A DNA stretch of 64,000 bases. Origin: Octopus bimaculoides. Its lineage: Eukaryota. Every line of letters starts with the position of its first letter. Within the stretch, counting starts at the first letter, position 1. Under the pieces are notes generated by a model that saw nothing but the letters and a program-made list of their open reading frames with translations, ran no database searches and was not told the origin of the DNA. Made by a program: the position numbers and the translations under genes. Of the stretch, positions 1 to 13,218 are shown in pieces. The DNA is taken from positions 47,570,733 through 47,634,732 of the forward strand of contig NC_068992.1 of NCBI RefSeq assembly GCF_001194135.2, read 5' to 3'.

Positions 1-49
1 CCTTCTATATTTCTGCGTCCTCTTTCTCAGGTTTCCTTTTTATTACGTC

Positions 50-82
<33 letters not shown>

Positions 83-788
83 NNNNNNNNNNNNNNNNNN
101 NNNNNNNNNNNNNNNNNNNNNNNNNNNNNNNNNNNNNNNNNNNNNNNNNNNNNNNNNNNNNNNNNNNNNNNNNNNNNNNNNNNNNNNNNNNNNNNNNNNN
201 NNNNNNNNNNNNNNNNNNNNNNNNNNNNNNNNNNNNNNNNNNNNNNNNNNNNNNNNNNNNNNNNNNNNNNNNNNNNNNNNNNNNNNNNNNNNNNNNNNNN
301 NNNNNNNNNNNNNNNNNNNNNNNNNNNNNNNNNNNNNNNNNNNNNNNNNNNNNNNNNNNNNNNNNNNNNNNNNNNNNNNNNNNNNNNNNNNNNNNNNNNN
401 NNNNNNNNNNNNNNNNNNNNNNNNNNNNNNNNNNNNNNNNNNNNNNNNNNNNNNNNNNNNNNNNNNNNNNNNNNNNNNNNNNNNNNNNNNNNNNNNNNNN
501 NNNNNNNNNNNNNNNNNNNNNNNNNNNNNNNNNNNNNNNNNNNNNNNNNNNNNNNNNNNNNNNNNNNNNNNNNNNNNNNNNNNNNNNNNNNNNNNNNNNN
601 NNNNNNNNNNNNNNNNNNNNNNNNNNNNNNNNNNNNNNNNNNNNNNNNNNNNNNNNNNNNNNNNNNNNNNNNNNNNNNNNNNNNNNNNNNNNNNNNNNNN
701 NNNNNNNNNNNNNNNNNNNNNNNNNNNNNNNNNNNNNNNNNNNNNNNNNNNNNNNNNNNNNNNNNNNNNNNNNNNNNNNNNNNNNNNN
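83..788. other. Assembly gap flanked by (AT)n (first of 11 gaps; others at about 1591-2205, 3426-3434, 5362-6171, 6820-7527, 18320-18532, 33030-33216, 39360-39556, 40738-40747, 53984-54483, 62569-62647)
   Basis: N runs seen directly; most abut (AT)n or (AAT)n microsatellites. Confidence 0.95.
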
Positions 789-1518
789 ATATATATATAT
801 ATATATATATAAGAACATGGATGATTTATTTGACCAATACTGAAGTGAGACTCACAGGCTTCTTCAAGCAACGAGACTTTAGCTGAGTACTCAGAATGGA
901 TGCCCTTACTGTTACAGGCAATGTCAGAGTAGATGAGGTTAGAAACAGCCAATGGTCACAGCATATAAGGGAGACTGGCACCAGATATTATTATTAGGTT
1001 TGAATAGTAATAAGAAAACAATACCACACAAAGCCTATAATACAGGGTATGAGAGTGGTGTCGTAGTACTGTTGTAGTACACATCGACTATATATATGTA
1101 TATTGTATGCATGTGAGTGTGTGTATGTGTGTTTATATAAGTCAACGCTTGTACTGAGTTCCCCATCAAAAACTGTACTGTTCTGATCCTTAAGATTTCC
1201 TTTAGAACAATCACATGTATAAGCTTATATCTATAAATATGAATACAAGTATACACATACACACACACATATATATAAATATACATGTGTGTGTGTGTGT
1301 GTTTGTGTGTATGCCTATGTGTGCATGTGTTTTGTTTATATTATGCTATGCTATGCAGTTCTTGGTTTTATATTCTGTTTCGATCATTTTACTCTGCACT
1401 TTCCAGTTGTTGTGTCATGTGATGTTTAGCAAGAATGTATGCGATGAAATAAAGATAAAAAATAAACAATGAAAAATATCCCGGAAAGAACCATCGGCAG
1501 CAACATCAACAACAATTA

Positions 1519-1520
<2 letters not shown>

Positions 1521-1590
<70 letters not shown>
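1521..1590. repeat. (AAT)n microsatellite running into a gap
   Basis: Direct trinucleotide repeat. Confidence 0.95.
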
Positions 1591-2204
1591 NNNNNNNNNN
1601 NNNNNNNNNNNNNNNNNNNNNNNNNNNNNNNNNNNNNNNNNNNNNNNNNNNNNNNNNNNNNNNNNNNNNNNNNNNNNNNNNNNNNNNNNNNNNNNNNNNN
1701 NNNNNNNNNNNNNNNNNNNNNNNNNNNNNNNNNNNNNNNNNNNNNNNNNNNNNNNNNNNNNNNNNNNNNNNNNNNNNNNNNNNNNNNNNNNNNNNNNNNN
1801 NNNNNNNNNNNNNNNNNNNNNNNNNNNNNNNNNNNNNNNNNNNNNNNNNNNNNNNNNNNNNNNNNNNNNNNNNNNNNNNNNNNNNNNNNNNNNNNNNNNN
1901 NNNNNNNNNNNNNNNNNNNNNNNNNNNNNNNNNNNNNNNNNNNNNNNNNNNNNNNNNNNNNNNNNNNNNNNNNNNNNNNNNNNNNNNNNNNNNNNNNNNN
2001 NNNNNNNNNNNNNNNNNNNNNNNNNNNNNNNNNNNNNNNNNNNNNNNNNNNNNNNNNNNNNNNNNNNNNNNNNNNNNNNNNNNNNNNNNNNNNNNNNNNN
2101 NNNNNNNNNNNNNNNNNNNNNNNNNNNNNNNNNNNNNNNNNNNNNNNNNNNNNNNNNNNNNNNNNNNNNNNNNNNNNNNNNNNNNNNNNNNNNNNNNNNN
2201 NNNN

Positions 2205-2237
<33 letters not shown>

Positions 2238-2639
2238 ATATAAATATATATATACATATATATATATATATGTATGTATATACATATATATGTATAAATA
2301 TATATATGTGTATTTGTCTTTCTGAACTTTGATAACTTCATTCATTTCATCTCTTTTTCAATTTATTTGCCTTTCAATCTTATATTGTTACTATTATTAT
2401 AATTTATAGTGGTAGTGTTAGTGGTGGTAATAGTAGTAGTAGTATTAGTAGAAGTTGCAATATTGCTTATCTTTGCTTTCATATTGTTTTTATTTTGTTT
2501 TCTGCTGTTCTTTTTTCGTTTTCTTTTTCTATTCTGGAAAGAGAAGTTGAATACCGGAAAGTGTGTTTGGACTGAGGGCATCAGTTCTTTATGATATGAA
2601 CACTGTCCAGTAATAAAACAGCTATCCAATGTTAGAATG

Positions 2640-3240
2640 ACAGACTCAAATGAAAAAAGAAGGTACCCATTGTTAGCAAGAATTTTTCCAATGCTAGTGC
2701 CAGGTATTCAAATGTAACATAACGCAAACTGAGGTACCCTATTCGAAAACTAAATTGATGTAGTCTTGTGACATATAATAAAATATGATAATAATACAAT
2801 GAAATACACCAACTGAAAAAATGTTTATTCCACAATTCTTAAATTCATGAAATCCAGTTATTAAATTTAGGTACTGTAATAATGAAACTGAGGTACTATG
2901 ATGTTAAAAGTAAAACAAGGTACATTAACAACAGCATGAAGTTATGTAATATAAAAGTTATGTATGATGATGTTAGAGTAACATAGCTTAATGAAACATC
3001 TATGTACCCTATTGATAAAATGACGTACCCTGTTCACACAGTGTATCTCAATGATATGGCATTGTACCTTGTTTTTAAAATCATGTACCTTGATGCTTAA
3101 ACGACACAGTTCAATGATAAATCTATGTACCCAGTAACTAAAATGATGTACCCTGATGTCTAAACAATGATAAACTCAAAGTATACTGGTTGATAAAATA
3201 ATGAGATAATGTATCAGAATGATATATTCGTCATAAAAAC
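2640..3240. repeat. Degenerate minisatellite-like tract with recurring (G/T)GTACC(C/T) core
   Basis: More than 10 recurrences of ggtac/tgtacc, often with aaatga/aaactga just upstream, many spaced 20-25 bp. Confidence 0.45.
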
Positions 3241-3739
3241 TAACAATGCAGCCTGATTTAACTGTAACATGTTGTCTTATATATGGTGTGGTGTGTGTGT
3301 GTGTGTGTGTGTGTGTATTGAGAATATTTGTCATTTCCAGTTTGGCAATATTCATATCTCTTGCTTCATGGGGGTTAATAATACTTTTGCTTTTTTTTTT
3401 TTTTTTTTGCTTAATGAGAAAATTANNNNNNNNNNTTTTTTTTTTTTTTTTTTGCTTAATGAGAAAATTACTGTCTCATTAGACACACCTGTTTGTTGTG
3501 TAATATGCAATATAGCATCAGCCAGTTGTTGTAAGCTTTGAAATGGTTGTAAAGGGTTATCTTCATCTTGTAGTTTAGATATGTATATGTAACATCTCGT
3601 ATAAACTAATAATTACCACACAGAATTGTTTGTCCATCTTTTCTCTAATTATATCATCGTCGTTTGATGTCTCTGTTCCTGTGCTGGCAGGGGTTGAATT
3701 TTTTGACAAGATCTGACAGGCAGAAGGACTGCAACATGC

Positions 3740-3850
3740 TTGACTACCTACTTCAACATAGTTTCTCTGACTGGATGCCCTTTCTAATGCCAACCACTTT
3801 ACAGCTTGTACTGGGTACTCTTTACATACCACCAGCACCGGTGAAGTTGC
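3740..3850 (-). mobile_element. Fragment of the RTE-tail-type SINE also seen at 40495-40712
   Basis: ctggatgccctttctaatgccaaccact...ccaccagcac is the reverse complement of gtgctggtggcac...agtggttagcattaggaagggcatccag at about 40517-40583. Confidence 0.65.
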
Positions 3851-3988
3851 TCTGCAGCTTGCAAGACTACAAAGCCTGAAGCAAGAGGCTTTGTGGTAGA
3901 AGATGAGAGCTTAAAGTATGAAATGAAGACCTGGTGCAGAACAGGTTTCTTCCTGTAGAGAGAGTACCTGGCTGTATATGTGTTTACT

Positions 3989-3990
3989 CA

Positions 3991-4025
<35 letters not shown>

Positions 4026-4026
4026 G

Positions 4027-4057
<31 letters not shown>

Positions 4058-4146
4058 GTATACATATATATATATATATGTATATATATGTATACATATA
4101 TATATATACATATGTATATATATGTATACATATATATATGTATGTA

Positions 4147-4236
<90 letters not shown>

Positions 4237-4240
4237 CATA
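3989..4240. repeat. Compound (TA)n/(TATG)n microsatellite
   Basis: Direct repeat; explains the YI/IY pseudo-ORFs. Confidence 0.95.
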
Positions 4241-4495
4241 TATATCATAATATATATTGCAGGTATGAATATATGGATTATCTACCATTGTAGATTTAGT
4301 GACTAACTTCTACATAAATTAATCTTTAGGTAGAATAATCTTTTATAAATAATTAGCAGAAATAGTTGGCACACCTGTCACCTGCACCAATTCTTTCTCT
4401 TCTGCATATTATTTTTATTTCATTAATTTAAATAAATCTCAATTCTTATTTCTACTTTTCACTCTCAACTTCAAGAAGATTCACCTGCACTTTAG

Positions 4496-4557
4496 AAATC
4501 CTCCAAAAGATGGTGAAGACGAGTATAGAAAAGACAGATTTATTTACGAGGAATATG
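4496..4557 (+). CDS. Candidate internal coding exon (NPPKDGEDEYRKDRFIYEEY), product unknown
   Basis: Acceptor cacctgcactttag, donor G|gtatga, open frame, locally higher complexity; no homology recognised. Confidence 0.2.
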
Positions 4558-4699
4558 GTATGACTGATGCAACCGCAGATTCATTCTTCTGTATCTTGCA
4601 CCAGAAAATAATTGAGTCTCAACTTCTCTCTCTCTCACTCAGATACAGTGTATATATTTTAACCAGAGTATCCACCAGGAGATGGCTCAGATATATATA

Positions 4700-4755
4700 T
4701 ATTTCTTTTCACTTGTTTCAGTCATTAGACTGCGGCCATGCTGGGGCACCGCCTT
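4700..4755 (-). mobile_element. 3' tail fragment of the SINE family seen at 33978-34373
   Basis: tcttttcacttgtttcagtcattagactgcggccatgctgg matches 33978-34020. Confidence 0.6.
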
Positions 4756-5077
4756 TATATGTCAAATATTTTCACTCCGTTATATACAATATCAAAGTGG
4801 GCATGGGAGTATAATTTGCCTTAACTAGGCAGGGTACTCTATCTTAAATGGATTATTTGCAACATCATAAATGAAGTATTTACCCTGTTGCAGTTTAAGT
4901 TATTATACGAGTTAGTACCCCCACCATCTTTACTGATATATAATATATACAATAGGTAAACTGATGTATACTCTATTCTTAATCATTTACTGGCCCCAGT
5001 TGGGTGGCAATGGCCAGAAAGGAACACAGCCATAATATGTACTTCTTATAAAACAAATGTCTACTCAGTCATATCAA

Positions 5078-5131
<54 letters not shown>

Positions 5132-6171
5132 TATGAGAGTAGAATACAGTGACCTTGTATTAATCTTGACACTATCAACATATACAATACATGGATATAT
5201 ATTTTTTATCATAGCTGAGTATAGAAAAGATCTCAAATGCTATACATTCACCATCTTAGCTATAGTGTATACATGATGAGTGTTAACTCTAAGACATACT
5301 ATAGTTCAGATAGGGCTCCACATTATTCAGTATAAGGAATATCCTAATTTTCTCTCTCATTNNNNNNNNNNNNNNNNNNNNNNNNNNNNNNNNNNNNNNN
5401 NNNNNNNNNNNNNNNNNNNNNNNNNNNNNNNNNNNNNNNNNNNNNNNNNNNNNNNNNNNNNNNNNNNNNNNNNNNNNNNNNNNNNNNNNNNNNNNNNNNN
5501 NNNNNNNNNNNNNNNNNNNNNNNNNNNNNNNNNNNNNNNNNNNNNNNNNNNNNNNNNNNNNNNNNNNNNNNNNNNNNNNNNNNNNNNNNNNNNNNNNNNN
5601 NNNNNNNNNNNNNNNNNNNNNNNNNNNNNNNNNNNNNNNNNNNNNNNNNNNNNNNNNNNNNNNNNNNNNNNNNNNNNNNNNNNNNNNNNNNNNNNNNNNN
5701 NNNNNNNNNNNNNNNNNNNNNNNNNNNNNNNNNNNNNNNNNNNNNNNNNNNNNNNNNNNNNNNNNNNNNNNNNNNNNNNNNNNNNNNNNNNNNNNNNNNN
5801 NNNNNNNNNNNNNNNNNNNNNNNNNNNNNNNNNNNNNNNNNNNNNNNNNNNNNNNNNNNNNNNNNNNNNNNNNNNNNNNNNNNNNNNNNNNNNNNNNNNN
5901 NNNNNNNNNNNNNNNNNNNNNNNNNNNNNNNNNNNNNNNNNNNNNNNNNNNNNNNNNNNNNNNNNNNNNNNNNNNNNNNNNNNNNNNNNNNNNNNNNNNN
6001 NNNNNNNNNNNNNNNNNNNNNNNNNNNNNNNNNNNNNNNNNNNNNNNNNNNNNNNNNNNNNNNNNNNNNNNNNNNNNNNNNNNNNNNNNNNNNNNNNNNN
6101 NNNNNNNNNNNNNNNNNNNNNNNNNNNNNNNNNNNNNNNNNNNNNNNNNNNNNNNNNNNNNNNNNNNNNNN

Positions 6172-6204
<33 letters not shown>

Positions 6205-6695
6205 AGTCACTTATCTGGAATACATGCATGTGTCTATACAGTTTTCAATGAATTATTTTCTCTGTCTTGAAAGCATGTATATATACAGTGCCATAATAGA
6301 ATTATATATTTTTATTTTAATTGGTTAACTATGTATGTTTTACATATATTTATGCATATGTACACATATATATTCAATATATATATTTATGTGCACGTGT
6401 GTATTCAAATAAGTAAATATCCATATGTATATGTATAATACACACATACATACATACATACATATATATATATACATAAATCTATAATAGCTATATATGT
6501 GTGTGTGTGTGTGTGTATTTATTTATACAAATATTTATGCATATTCATATATAATTGTATGCATAAATGTGTGTGTGTAAATATTTCTACATTTTAGTAT
6601 ATAAACATACATTTCTCTATTTCTCTCCTCCTCTCTCTCTCTAATTTTCCTTCACTCCCTCTTTCTCACACTTTTTCTCCCTCTCTCTCTCTCTC

Positions 6696-6737
<42 letters not shown>

Positions 6738-7542
6738 TGTGTGGGAGGGAGTGTGTGTGAAGAGAGAAAGAGAGACAGAAAGGGGAAACAGAGATATTTA
6801 CATGTACTCATATATATATNNNNNNNNNNNNNNNNNNNNNNNNNNNNNNNNNNNNNNNNNNNNNNNNNNNNNNNNNNNNNNNNNNNNNNNNNNNNNNNNN
6901 NNNNNNNNNNNNNNNNNNNNNNNNNNNNNNNNNNNNNNNNNNNNNNNNNNNNNNNNNNNNNNNNNNNNNNNNNNNNNNNNNNNNNNNNNNNNNNNNNNNN
7001 NNNNNNNNNNNNNNNNNNNNNNNNNNNNNNNNNNNNNNNNNNNNNNNNNNNNNNNNNNNNNNNNNNNNNNNNNNNNNNNNNNNNNNNNNNNNNNNNNNNN
7101 NNNNNNNNNNNNNNNNNNNNNNNNNNNNNNNNNNNNNNNNNNNNNNNNNNNNNNNNNNNNNNNNNNNNNNNNNNNNNNNNNNNNNNNNNNNNNNNNNNNN
7201 NNNNNNNNNNNNNNNNNNNNNNNNNNNNNNNNNNNNNNNNNNNNNNNNNNNNNNNNNNNNNNNNNNNNNNNNNNNNNNNNNNNNNNNNNNNNNNNNNNNN
7301 NNNNNNNNNNNNNNNNNNNNNNNNNNNNNNNNNNNNNNNNNNNNNNNNNNNNNNNNNNNNNNNNNNNNNNNNNNNNNNNNNNNNNNNNNNNNNNNNNNNN
7401 NNNNNNNNNNNNNNNNNNNNNNNNNNNNNNNNNNNNNNNNNNNNNNNNNNNNNNNNNNNNNNNNNNNNNNNNNNNNNNNNNNNNNNNNNNNNNNNNNNNN
7501 NNNNNNNNNNNNNNNNNNNNNNNNNNNCATATGTGACTCTAC

Positions 7543-7844
7543 CTGTCACCATGAAGAGGAGGAGTGGAGTTGGTAGGGCAGGTGGAAGGGTGGGTAGTTG
7601 AAGGTACATGGGGAAGTAGGGGAAGGGAGTAAATCTTCTGTGTGGTGGTGGGGGATGGGGTTCGAGGCTGGGTGGTGGTGGGGGAAAATTGTCGAGGAAG
7701 TGAATCTATGATGTATGTGGCAGGAGGCATGTAACCATTACTGGTGAGCCAATATGCCGAACAACAAAGTAGTACATAGAATCTCAACCCAGTGTATTTG
7801 GAGAAGAGTACAGCCGTTACCGTCTGTACCCTGAATTGAGGTTC
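7543..7844 (-). CDS. Candidate coding exon with Pro/Thr/Ser-rich (mucin-like) segment
   Basis: Strong acceptor (T)12ctttttcag, donor AG|gtagag, 100 open codons, in-frame SPTTTQ repeated at 30-nt period with a synonymous difference. Confidence 0.3.
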
Positions 7845-7915
7845 CTGAAAAAGAAAAAAAAAAAAATTATTATTACACACACATAAAGACAGAGAGAGAA
7901 AGAGAAAGGAAAAAT

Positions 7916-8331
7916 TTAATCTTTTAGCATTCAGAGTTCTAATACTTAATCATTCATATTGTTTTGAATTTAACCCTTTAGTATTCAGATTATATTGTAT
8001 TACAATTCTTATTTATCGACATTGCTTTGAATTAATCAGACATTTTCTTGTACCTTTGGGGTTTTGATAATGTGATTGTATATCTCTTGAATGACATTGT
8101 ACCGCAGGTGTGAGTGACCCAATCTGGTTGGTTTGAACATAAAACAGGTAGAATATTCGGGCTGGGTCAATCATGCATTATCATGTAGCTTTGAGATTTT
8201 TAATGATGTGATTGTTTATTTTTAGAATGACATTGTAGGGTTTGTGTGATAGGTCAGATCTGGCCAGTTTGAACATAAAATAGATGGAATACTTGGGCTA
8301 GATATGGCTGACTTAAATGCCAAAGAGTTGA
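7916..8331. mobile_element. Decayed piggyBac-like MITE with internally duplicated segment
   Basis: ttaaccctttag-like left ends (7916, 7970) and degenerate ttaaatgccaaagagttgaa right end; the gatgtgattg...gaatgacattgta...tttgaacataaaa block occurs twice. Confidence 0.55.
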
Positions 8332-10354
8332 ACTGAATATATTAGTGGAAGGCTGAATTGAATAAATAAGCAGATAATCACAAAATTTATTAAAAACGAG
8401 GAAGGTATTTGGGGATTAAATCAATTTTTAACATTGAAATGCATAATCAAAACAACCAATAATATTTATTAATCCAAATAAACCATTTTTAAAACAACTA
8501 CACACCTAGGGCTTCTATGTACCCATGTATTAAAATGAAAACTAATATTATTTTGAAGGTTGAGAGCTTATATTATAGAGGTAATTCAACTATGATGGCA
8601 ATTAAAGGGTTATGGATTCAACTGTCATTAAGTTCTCACTATTTTTTCAAGGGTTCCTGCAGTTCAATTTACTCCATACATCTGCATGTATTTTTGGAGG
8701 TCAAAACCTAACATTTTGCAGAAGACTGGCAGTTGCTCAGGCACATATGTCTCTTATCTCAATGCTACAAACATTTACCTAATGAGAAGACCACTGGCTT
8801 GGGTTAATACAATTGGCACCAGTGTTTATAATGTCTAATATGAAACCCTGTCAAAATTTAGACAAAGTAATCTCAAATCTACATTTTAATCAATCAAACC
8901 TCTATTGCTATCAATAATCTTGTAAATATAAAAACATCACAATTATTCTTTAAAGATCATTATTTAATCTACTATACCAGTGAAATTATATGACGGCAAT
9001 GAAGATGAGGGTGATGAGGATGTTAGATCCATTCAAATTAAACTCTGCCAAAATTATTTGTGATGTATACAGTGAGCCTATTTCTAGTTGCAAATATGAT
9101 GACAAAAGCATCAAGTATATAAATAAATATGTTATAACATAAATAATATTTTCATGTATGTATCAAACTAAAATATAAAATATTAATATGAATATAACCT
9201 AAATTTTGTGAGAAATTAGATGAGTAGAATATGATGGTTATGTCATGTTAACAAGAATAAAATGCAGAAAAGGTGACAGACTTAAATTGTGACTGTGTAC
9301 AGTCATGGAGGTCAAGTTCACTTTCTAGCCATGTGGTTTTGGGATTGTTCTACCATGCAGTAATTTAGGCTAGAATTTTCTACCAAAGCCCTAGGCCAAC
9401 AAACACCTTGTGAGTGAATTTAGTAGAGAGAGACTGCAAAAAACCCCCCCAAAAAACCCTCACACACATATTTAAACATAACTGTGTGTATGTGTGTGTG
9501 TGTGTATTTACATTTAAAATTGCCTGTATGAAAGAATGCTGGATGCTTTTGTTGTCAGTTTCTCCTGTCAACAAAGCCTCCAGGCACTTTGTGCTTTTGA
9601 AGCTGTGTGGACTAAACAATTAAGAGTTAGCTTCAGGAAGGACATTCACCTGTAAAACAATGCCCCACACTAAATATTCATGAAACCCATGCAAGCATGA
9701 AAAAAACAGATGAAAATCATAAACGAATGAACAAGCTTATAAAAGATATCAGCCACATGATGAATGCAGGAGTGAAGATTTGTGCAGAATGAAAAAGTGA
9801 CATGCTGGGTTGACAAGGACAAGAACTACACTCACATTAAATGATAATGGCATAAAGATTTGAGAGGGATATTTGATGAGCTTAGGTAGGGGGTTAATGT
9901 TGAAAAATAAACCTCATTTGGTCACATTCCATGAGAGTATTTTGGTCAGCCTATGAACTTTTCAGCTGACCATCATATATGTATGTATATGTGTGTGTGT
10001 GTACACACACTGATGTAAACATACGCGGATCAATTTTATATACAGGCAGAAATATTCAACCTGTGTGAGTCTATTGCTTGAACAAAATTTATTCTGAAAT
10101 TCTAAGTGTTAACCAAATAGAAGCCACCACTTGATAAGCAAGCTATCATCTCCAAACACTTCACCATCAGAGAAAAATCAGCAAGGGATCCTCTGAGTAG
10201 TAGCTCAGTCTGCAAGAAACAACAACCAATGTGCCTTAAATCACACCATGTCATTTATAAAAATAAAATCACACCTAACAATGTAGTTTTAGATATCAAA
10301 AAGACAGGGTAGTCATGGCTGAAAGGCTTTTTAATTTACGTCTGTTCAGTGAGA

Positions 10355-10742
10355 GATTGTTGGCACTCCGTCGCTTACGACGTCGAGGGTTCCAGTTGAT
10401 CCGATCAACAGAACAGCCTGCTCGTGAAATTAACGTGCAAGTGGCTGAGCACTCCACAGACATGTGTATCCTTTACGTAGTTCTCGGGGATATTCAGCGT
10501 GACACAGAGTGTGACAAAGCTGACCCTTTGAATTACAGGTACAACAGAAACAGGAAGTAAGAGCGAGAGAAAGTTGTGGTCAAAGAGTACAGCAGGGTTC
10601 ACCACCATCCCCTGCCGGGAGCCTTGTGGAGCTTTAAGTGTTTTCGCTCAATAAACACTCACAACGCCCGGTCTGGGAATCGAAAACGCGATCCTATGAC
10701 CGCGAGTCCGCTGCCCTAACCACTGGGCCATTGCGCCTCCAC
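10355..10742 (-). mobile_element. Young tRNA-derived SINE (family C)
   Basis: Minus-strand head GTGGAGGCGCAATGGCCCAGTGGTTAGGGCAGCGGACTCGCGG with A box and B-like box TTCGATTCC; CpG-rich; 3' 170 bp shared with 28860-29030. Confidence 0.8.
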
Positions 10743-11259
10743 TCAGTGAGAGATAACCTGAGGCTAAACAGCACCTTTAGTGACATTGCCTTAGAATTAA
10801 AATGTATATATTCTCTGCAATTTTCTGATGTCATTATAATGGTCTCTGATTGCTTGAGCTTGTCTATTCTACACCACTCCAGCTTTATCTGACCACCCAC
10901 ACAGCAATATTTCTTCACAGACACCCACATCCAACACAAAAAGCTTGGCTCAATCCTTCTTCCCCAGACCTATTCTCAGTTTCTTTAGCATTATCTATTT
11001 CTGTCTCTCACTTGCTTTACCTTCTACAAGTCCTTTCACTCCTAGACAGGTACAGTATACAGTATAGTCCAAACCGAAAATGTAGGAAACCCTACAAAGG
11101 CAGAGGGCACTGTCCCTCTTTATCTGACTGGTGAAAGAAAAAAGAATCTCACCTTGACAATAATCCAACAATCACTACATATATCAGGAAAATGTTATCA
11201 CCCTTTTCCATCCTTCAACAGGGACAAAACCTGATTAGAACCATCACTGTCATGCATGG

Positions 11260-11420
11260 GTAGGCACAGGTATGGCAAGAAGTTTGCCTTCCAACCACAT
11301 GATTTTAGGTTCAACACCTTGGGCAAATATTTTATCGAACATAACCTCAGACTGACCAAAGCTTTGTGAATGGATTTGTTGCACAGAAACTGAAAGAAGT
11401 TCATTGTGTGTGTGTGTGTG
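11260..11420 (+). mobile_element. tRNA-head SINE (family B) head/core followed by (TG)n
   Basis: aagaagtttgccttccaaccacatg...ccttgggcaa...gaccaaagctttgtgaatggatttg...gaaactgaaagaag matches 34210-34373 in reverse. Confidence 0.7.
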
Positions 11421-11999
11421 TGTAGTTATTAGGGTGTTGGAAGTGCAATCATAAAGTCGTAGTTTTGAACCCCAGACATGGCAGTGTATCATGTTCTTGA
11501 GCAAACTTCTTCATTGTGCATTACTCCATTCCACTCAACTGCAAATGAATACCACCGAATGAATACCAGCTTAGTGTTAAACTTGTGATTGACTCGTGCC
11601 CCATTCAAGTGAAAATCTCCTACTTTCTTCAGACTTAAACACCGTAGAAACCAAGATAAACTCTGACTGAATAAAACTTGATTTGTGACGGAACAAAAAT
11701 TTAAGGATGTTTATTGGTAATTCTTTATTTGAAGGAAACAGAATATAATTTACTAAACTGAAGAGGAAGAATATAGGGAATGAAAAGAGAGAAGAAAAAA
11801 TGCAAATCGGTAAATATTGAGAGGAGAATTGTAGGCCTTTCCAGATTGTTTGGTGACTGTCATGTGTTAAGTGAGAGGAGTTCTGGGGATTTTTACAGAA
11901 TGGAATAAAAAAAAAAATGATGGGTTTTTTTTTGTCTGAATCATTTCCAGTTACTTCCCTTTATAGTGATTCAATAAAATAACTTCTCCCTTAATAATT

Positions 12000-12043
12000 C
12001 TCCAATATCGATAATTTACTGAGCAAGCAAGCCAGAGCACATG

Positions 12044-12087
<44 letters not shown>

Positions 12088-12252
12088 CACGCGCACGCAA
12101 ATATACATATTGTCACATTACCACATTTAGACATATACTTACGTATACATACACATAAGTATACACACACATTCTGATGCACGCACCGTGCACATACACA
12201 CATGCACAAATACCCACACGTAAATTACACACATTGAAACAGAGAGAGGGGG

Positions 12253-12283
<31 letters not shown>

Positions 12284-12861
12284 AGAGACAGACAGAAAGA
12301 TTTCATAGATATTCGATTATGTTCATATATTGATTTATGTAAATAAATCAGAGTATCATTGAGGGAGAAGTTATTTACTTGGTGATTAAAGAAGAATTAA
12401 AGGGAGATAACTGTATCAGACCTCGGTTGATAGCGCATTTCTCAATATAATAGGCTTCTAATGCTGTTAGTTTTTCATTTTACCCTGCCTCATAGCAAGG
12501 TCCGAATTTTAAACACTAGGGATTCTGTATCAACACGCATACACAGCCTACTAATTTTTAACGTTATTTAACATTCATTAAAAACGCACTTAACGGCAGG
12601 AAAAGTTTGGGTTTTAGAAGAAGGAAGCAAGGAGAACTATGCTTATTTTAGTCGACTGAGTGTGAAGTAGATTGTGAATTGGCGAAAAGTTGATTGACGC
12701 TGTACATTATTTATAAGGGATAATTAATGAAAGAGCCTCTACATAAGCGTTTGATCTATTTAGAATAGCAGGGAACGTAACTTTACGTTACATCTTACTG
12801 TCTTGAAAAGATTGTAGTGGTATGGGACTCAAGCCACGAGATAAGCATAGTTTCAATAAAC

Positions 12862-12913
<52 letters not shown>

Positions 12914-13036
12914 GAGAGACGTATATATATGTATGTTTGTGTATATAAATACGTATGTGTGCATATATGTATGTATATAACGAGAAAGTGAGATAGACAT
13001 ACTTGCACATACAGACACAAACGCATACATAAGTAT

Positions 13037-13094
<58 letters not shown>

Positions 13095-13187
13095 AAAAAA
13101 AGCATTACCATAAAAAAAATGTATAAAGATATGTAAAGAATGAAGTAGGGAGTAGAACCCTCTGCATGAAGAAATGTGATCAAATTT

Positions 13188-13218
<31 letters not shown>

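Noticed and set aside
3385-3470. Direct repeat (T)n-gcttaatgagaaaatta on both sides of a short gap
   Set aside because: An identical sequence flanking a tiny N-gap is the signature of an unmerged contig overlap.
5-7609. Long ORFs of 240-320 aa in the ORF track
   Set aside because: They consist of X from N-gaps and YI/IY from (AT)n; they are not real coding sequence.
10670-10742. tRNA-like sequence with A and B boxes
   Set aside because: There is no complete acceptor stem, and it continues into a SINE body; it is a SINE head, not a tRNA gene.
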